A stretch of DNA of 64,000 nucleotides. Origin: Macrostomum lignano. Lineage: Eukaryota. The notes below the pieces were generated by a model. That model had not been told where the DNA came from and ran no database searches. It saw only the letters and a program-made list of their open reading frames with translations. Below are positions 57,877 through 64,000 of this stretch, piece by piece. The number at the start of each line of letters is the position of its first letter. Within the stretch, counting starts at the first letter, position 1. The stretch covers positions 1 through 64,000 of the forward strand of contig NIVC01001205.1 in NCBI GenBank assembly GCA_002269645.1, read 5' to 3'. Position numbers and translations under genes: made by a program.

Positions 57877-59710
57877 TCACTGCTTGGCCATCATGGCCAT
57901 GAACTCCTGGAAGTCAATCTCTCCATCACCGTTCATGTCGGCCTCTTTAATCATCTCTTCCACCTCTTCATCGGTGAGTTTCTCGCCCAGGTTGCACATC
58001 ACCGCCTTGAGCTCGGCAGGGGAGATGAAGCCGTTGCCGTCTTTGTCGAACACCTGGCAATTTGATTATATGGATACAGGTTGAGGTGTGAGATCGCCGT
58101 GTACTGATTCAATATCGCTTTAGCTTTAGCACCAGAGGCGCCAGCACCAGAGGCGCCAGCACCAGGGGCGCCAGCACCAGGGGCGCCAGCACCAGGGGCG
58201 CCAGCACCAGGGGCGCCAGCACCAGGGGCGCCAGCACCAGGGGCGCCAGCACCAGGGGCGCCAGCACCAGGGGCGCCAGCACCAGGGGCGCCAGCACCAG
58301 GGGCGCCAGCACCAGGGGCGCCAGCACCAGGGGCGCCAGCACCAGGGGCGCCAGCACCAGGGGCGCCAGCACCAGGGGCGCCAGCACCAGGGGCGCCAGC
58401 ACCAGGGGCGCCAGCACCAGGGGCGCCAGCTCTAGGGGCGCCAGTAATATAGTAATGTTTACCACTTTTATAGTTTTCTATAATAATAAGAATGTAATTT
58501 TTTAATATTAACAGCCCGAGGGCTGCAGGCGCCTATGGCGCCATCGTTCTACAACCAGCGCTGACTGCAATTCGGCCCATTCTGCTGACTCCTGATCACA
58601 TTCAAGGGCGCCAATACTGTACGCAGGCACAGCACTCGTGCACCCGCTCACACAGGGTGTACAACGGCCTTGAGTCGGACGCGTTTACGCTGATCTGCTT
58701 CGCACCATAGGATGCGTGATTTACGCAAATAATGCTTACTGGCACTTCGTACTCATGTCACGTTGAAACTTAATTCTAATTAGATACCCAAGCATCTCTG
58801 CATTACTGCTAGAGTATTGTTACTCTCGCTGTTTACTCAAGAAAATGAGCAATGGAAGATAAAAAACTTTGTATCAATAACTTGTAAAATAATTTTCATT
58901 GTCTTCCCGACTGCCATTTGAGTGTCAGTAAGCCCTGAGTTGAGTGTCAGTGAGCGCTGATTTGAGTGTCAGTAAGCACTACTGATTTTAGTGACAGTGA
59001 GCGCTGATTTGAGTGACAGTGAGCGCTGATTTGAGTGACAGTGAGAGCTGATTTTAGTGACAGTGAGCACTACTGATTTGAGTGACAGTGAGCGCTGATT
59101 TGAGTGACAGTGAGCGCTGATTTGAGTGACAGTGAGCACTACTGATTTGAGTGACAGTGAGCACTACTGATTTGAGTGACAGTGAGCACTACTGATTTGA
59201 GTGACAGTGAGCACTACTGATTTGAGTGTCAGTAAGCCCTGATTTGAGTGTCAGTAAGCCCTAATTTGAGTGTCTGTAAGCGCCAATTTGAGTGTCACTA
59301 AGCGCCAGTCTTAAGCTCCAATTCAAGTCTCAAAATACCTAGCCAGTACTCAAACACAGAATTGCAATTTTTCTCACCCTGAACGCCTCTTTGAGCTCCG
59401 CCTCCGTGTCCGTATCCTTGATCCTCTTTCCCATGAGGATGCAGAACTCCTCAAAATCAATAATCCCATTCCCATCGATGTCGATCTCCCCAATCATGTC
59501 CTGCAGCTCGGCCTCCGTGGGATTCTGGCCGAGAGCTCGCATCACAGTTCCCAACTCCTGGGTAGTGATGGAGCCAGAGTTGTCTTTGTCAAACAGACCG
59601 AACACTTCCTTCATATCGTTCACCTGCTCCTCCGTCATGTCTTCGATGCCTCGGAATGTGTTCGAATCGCCTGCCGCAGGCGACTCTTCTGCCGCTGCAA
59701 AGTCTGGCAT
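57877..59710 (-). CDS. Calmodulin-like protein (4 EF-hands, ~20-aa N-terminal extension), 169 aa, 2 exons
   Basis: join(59710-59378, 58053-57877), phase 0. EF loops [48 protein letters not shown]; [14 protein letters not shown] and [15 protein letters not shown]. Too diverged to be the canonical CaM. Confidence 0.95.
58126..58445 (+). repeat. 15-bp GC-rich minisatellite (calmodulin-like intron)
   Basis: Unit GCACCAGGGGCGCCA, about 21 copies. Confidence 0.97.
58925..59310. repeat. 22/25-bp minisatellite (calmodulin-like intron)
   Basis: TTTGAGTGACAGTGAGCGCTGA, with CTA-insertion variants. Confidence 0.93.
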
Positions 59711-61286
59711 TGCTGAAGAGTTGTTGCTGCTTTGAGAGCGAGAGAGCTTCTTCTACAGTCTGCCTAACCGCTACCAGGGACTCCGTTGGTTTTTTTACTC
59801 TCAGGCCAGAATTTTGTTTATGCATCTGCGCAGCTATACGGGTGATGATGAGCATGGAGGTGCATTTTAGTGTGCTTTTCATTTCGTTCGAAGCTGTGCG
59901 AATTGTGGGAGGGTCGGTTGGCTTCTTTGAACCGCTGCCCCCAACCTAGCCTACCCCTACACCCCCCGACCGTAATTCGCTGGAAGTGCAAACAATGTCC
60001 ATGGACCTCATGCAGCGAGATCTGGACTGAAAGACGAACTTGATCCGTTCGATAAGTAAATCAGTCTAGCAAATTCTCTGCAATCCAGTGAATAATATTG
60101 AAGGATCCTGATGAAAGATCCGGGAGTTGAATTAGCTCAACGGTAATTTGGTGTTTTTGTGCCAAAATTGACCCATTGGGTTGCCAGACATGAGGGCCAA
60201 CCCCAAAACGCATGTATGAGAGAATGCTTGTATGAGTATTCATGTAAATTTTGGAGTCTAGATGGACATCCAACCGATGCAAGATTATTTTATTTTTTTT
60301 TCCAATCCAAGAATCCAGAGGTCCTTGCAATAGCGCTTCGCTCCGCTGCAGTGTACGTTTTTTCTGCATTTTTCTTTTCATTGTCCTGAGAGAACAGCTT
60401 TAAGCATAGCCTCGCCAATATGCCAAGCGTGCGCCACTCATAAAAGTGAACCTCTATATAGAGCAATTCTATTTAGAATAAAATAAAAATGCAAACGAGG
60501 TGGGACAAGTTTTATTACCAAGCTGCACTACTCTTCGAATATATAAGTAGCTATTTAGGAAAGCAGATTATCTACAACACTAAAAGAGGATAATTTTATC
60601 CAGATTTACAATGTTTGTTCATTTAACACCGGAAATTTAACGCAAAACAATAGTTTGTACGAGTATAAAGTAATCGATAACCGGATGCGTCTAAAACAAG
60701 TTATAAATGTTAAAATTAAAATTACAACGAAAGAAAACCCTTTTTAAAAATAAAATATAGCAGTTATAATGTTTGTTTAGATCTATAATACTACGGAGTA
60801 AGAATACAGTACAATAAGTTTCCTAGAAAAAGGTTTGAAAAAAAATCATGGCTTTACACGAAAAGGTACACGATCAACATAGAAATTGTTTCTTTATGAC
60901 AAAGAAAGAATAGATAATCATTATCGTTGATTTTCAAATGCTGGTCTTAATTAAGCTGAATTGTCAGCTTTTATCGCTTCATTATTTTAAATTTTATGCA
61001 AAAAAAGATTTATAGTATACATTTTAATGAGCATTTTGTTTTTATGAGTCAGAAAATATTTCTATTTTTACGTCTAAAAAAATTTGATAGTGTAATTTCT
61101 AATTTTTTGCTTAAAACGCCAGCATTTAAAGGGTTTTCGAAAAATCGTTCGGATTTACCTTCTTTGCTTTGACTTTATGACGTCTAGCTGTACGAGTACA
61201 ATAAGCTTGAATTCACACGCAGGTTAGTCTGAGAACAATTAGGAACTTAATTAGGCAGCGCATGGTTTGCCTGTTGGAGTCAGTTG

Positions 61287-62980
61287 TCATGGTAACCTGC
61301 CGAAGCAGTGCAGACTGTCGCGTCCTTGGCTACCTGCGGCGACCACGCAGATTCCGTTGGCTGGCGAGCCGCTGCAGGCCAGGCCGCGCGGTCTCCAGGC
61401 TGCGGTCTCCGCAGATTCCGGCTTGATTTGCCCGCCGCTGATTGGCGCGTCAACGAAGGCGCCCTCCAGGCTGTGCCGCGCCACCCGGTGCGCGCCGGAG
61501 TCGCAGAGCAGCACGTGACGTCCAGAGGCGTCGAATCTCAGACCGAATGGCTGCTGCGGCTCGTCCTCGGTGCTGGCGGCCCACAGGAAGGCGAGAAGGT
61601 CGCCGCGTGGATTCAGCACTGCGGCTCTGCCGTTCTCAATGTCTGACACGGCTATGAAGCCGTTGTCATGGCAACAGTCGACGTAGCTGGGTCTTAACGG
61701 TCGGTCGCCTTTGCCCAGCTCGATCGTGGCCAAGTGACGTCCTTCAGCGTCGAGTCTGTAGAGCCTACTGGAGCTCAGGTCGGTGAGCAGCAGGTGGCCC
61801 TCCCTGGTGGAGCAGATGTCTGCTGGGGAGCGACAGGCGCCGTCAGGCAGAGGCGGCGCGCGGCCCAGCGAGTGGCCGAAAACGCTGCGACATTCGATGC
61901 GACCGAGGCGCCAGTCGGTGACCCAAAGCGCATGGTTGGTCACCTTGATTGGGAACAGGAGTGTGGGAGGGCAAAGACAATAATTCAACTACGCGCACAA
62001 ATTCATACATATTAGGGAATACAGAGGGAATTGCAGAGATTTTTAGGCTCACAGGGGGAATTGCTGAGATGCCAAGACTCACAAAGGGAATCGCAGAGAT
62101 GTTAAGGCTTACAGGGGGAATTACTGAGATGTCAAGGCTTACAGGGGGAATTACTGAGGTATCAAGGCTTACAGGGGGAATTACTGAGATGTCAAGGCTT
62201 ACAGGGGCAATTACTGAGGTGTCAAGGCTCACAGGGAGAATTGCTGAGATGGCAAGGCTCATATAGGGAGAATTGCTGAGATGGCAAGGCTCATATAGGG
62301 AGAATTGCTGAGATGGCAAGGCTCATATAGGGAGAATTGCTGAGATGGCAAGGCTCATATAGGGAGAATTGCTGAGATGGCAAGGCTCATATAGGGAGAA
62401 TTGCTGAGATGTCAAGGCTAAGGTCAGAAGCTGCGACATGTAGTTTATTAAAAAATTGTTTTTCATTCTTTGTTAGCTACTATATAATAGTTCTAAAACT
62501 TTAATAAATTCCAATTAATGCGTTGTGCATACATATGGAAGGTGCAATGCCCTTGTGGGATGTCTTGTGAAGGTTTGATGACCTGGGAAGGGACGATGTC
62601 CTCAGGGGGACAAACTAGTCTCTAATAATAGTCTCTATAAACTAGTCTCTAATTCAGGTCCGCACTCATATATGTTTCCTGGAAACTGGAAAACTCACCT
62701 GACAAACTCCAGCAGGAGAGAAGTCAAATCCCAGTCGGACCTGATAGTCCCATTGGGGCAGCCCGGAAGCTGAGAAGTAGACCAGTCGGTGTTCAGCAGC
62801 GTCAGGCACCAGCCAGTCAAGTCCTGGCAAGTCGCTGATTGCACAGGCGCTGCGCCAGAGCACCGCCGAGCCAGACGGAGGCCTGTAGGTCCAGCGCCAT
62901 TGCAGATCGGCCTGCATGGTGCAGTCTGCAGAGAATTCAATACGAGAGCCTACAGTAGCTTTCTTCTGCACTTGTGGCAT
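61287..62980 (-). CDS. NHL-repeat (six-bladed beta-propeller) protein, at least 2 exons
   Basis: join(62980-62699, 61943-61287), phase 0, about 312 aa. NHL-like blades: SPADIC...GHLLLTDL...RLYRL, RPSYV....NGFIAVSD.ENGR..V, QPFGL.FD..G..VLLCDSGAHRV, RPRGLA. Upstream exons are possible. Confidence 0.8.
62025..62420. repeat. 30-bp then 32-bp minisatellite (NHL gene intron)
   Basis: GGGGAATTACTGAGATGTCAAGGCTTACAG grading into AGGGAGAATTGCTGAGATGGCAAGGCTCATAT. Confidence 0.93.
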
Positions 62981-63327
62981 CGGCTGTGAGAGCAGTCAGT
63001 TTTGTTTTAACTGGATTATAGCAGAAGGCAAGTGTACTTCGAGAACGGTTACTGTACACAGTTTTAGAGGGGTGTGTACTCCTCTATTTGTAGTGGCTGA
63101 GGGTAGAGAGAAAGGTACAATAGAGAGTCTAGAGATGCCAAACAGCTGGGAGTGAGCTGCAGCAGCTCTTACTTTTCTCTGCCCATACTGTGTTCATCCA
63201 AGGAGAACTACGTGTAGGACCTGTGATAGCAATTAACTTCTATTTAGTAGTCCCTGATCCTAGCATGCAGTGTTACCTAGCTACAACTTCATATACATAT
63301 ACGGTACAGGTAGCTATTGCTTGCACT

Positions 63328-63505
63328 GGGCGCCCCTGGTGCTGGCGCCCCCTGGTGCTGGCGCCCCCCTGGTGCTGGCGCCCCCTGGTGCTGGCGCCCC
63401 CTGGTGCTGGCGCCCCCTGGTGCTGGCGCCCCCTGGTGCTGGCGCCCCCCTGGTGCTGGCGCCCCCTGATGCTGGCGCCCCCCCCCTGGTACTGGCGCCC
63501 CCTCT
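63328..63505 (-). repeat. 15-17-bp GC-rich minisatellite, inverted copy of the 58126-58445 family
   Basis: TGGCGCCCC(C)TGGTGC units are the reverse complement of GCACCAGGGGCGCCA. Confidence 0.93.
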
Positions 63506-64000
63506 CGCTAAAGTTACGTGACTAGCTAAACGTTAACATAATAGTTTGGTTTAACCAATTCTGATACGCTCTGGTGTCATTTTGGACTTAAGTAATATCT
63601 TCGCATTTAAAGTAAGTTGAACACACTATTGGCAACAATAGGCTATGGAGCTAGTGCTGACAGAAGCTACTAAAACATAGGATCTGCTTGATGGATTGAA
63701 TGGATTTCGGGCTTCGTTTATACGGAGCCAGCCAATTTTATTCAACAATGAACTCTGCCTCTGCCTTCAATATTCGTAATTGCAGCTTCCATCCTGCAAA
63801 AAAGTTCTTTTTTAACGGATGCTTAAAATTGATAAATCTTTAAAAAATTGCGATAAACAAAATTACGCTTAGAAAACTGACATCCTACTTTATCTTTTTT
63901 TGCACGACTTGCAGTATTAAAATAAAAAAACTAGCTTTACTAGCTATAAAGCTCTACCTTAACTTTTTTCTTAAAAAGTCGTTTCGTCTGACGGCAGACG

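Noticed and set aside
57867-57877. 11-nt match (CTGGCGCCCCT) at the CaM-like stop/3' UTR, complementary to the intronic 15-bp array
   Set aside because: A single short GC-rich match overlapping the stop codon; plausible by chance.
60101-60122. Hammerhead ribozyme (CTGATGA...GAAA in GGATCCTGATGAAAGATCC)
   Set aside because: CTGATGA and GAAA overlap with no stem II; it is only a 5-bp hairpin.
60061-60381. 106-aa minus-strand ORF between the NHL and CaM-like genes
   Set aside because: No recognisable motif, AT-rich codon usage unlike the real exons, and no supporting splice context.
58126-63505. Foldback transposon carrying CaM exon 1 and the NHL gene
   Set aside because: No matching TSD or extended unique TIR, and the left arm lies inside the intron of an intact gene; retained only as an inverted array pair.

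Overview
Eukaryotic (metazoan) genomic DNA with GC-rich exons, AT-rich spacers and a different minisatellite in almost every long intron. The style suggests a free-living flatworm such as Macrostomum, which is my inference and is not proven here. I reconstructed seven protein-coding loci by hand from GT-AG junctions and reading phase: an MTMR14 phosphatase (+), a nicotinic acetylcholine receptor subunit (-), two tandem 10-exon CLCA-like paralogues (+), an apparently intronless double C-type-lectin gene nested on the same strand inside intron 8 of the second CLCA, a calmodulin-like gene (-) and an NHL-repeat gene (-). An 11-kb head-to-tail trimer of non-autonomous Helitrons fills CLCA-1 intron 3. 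Top leads: (1) both CLCA paralogues have lost the HExxH self-cleaving metalloprotease motif, yet both carry an RRKR furin site in the same mini-exon; (2) the nAChR has two duplicated, mutually incompatible N-terminal exons; (3) most start codons have a splice-acceptor AG 0-3 nt upstream, suggesting SL trans-splicing, which could also release the nested lectin and select the nAChR isoform; (4) the Helitron units share a scaffold and a tRNA-like Pol III cassette but carry swapped minisatellite cargo. Most long ORFs in the supplied track are artefacts of tandem repeats. Exon coordinates are hand-derived; repeat boundaries are approximate.
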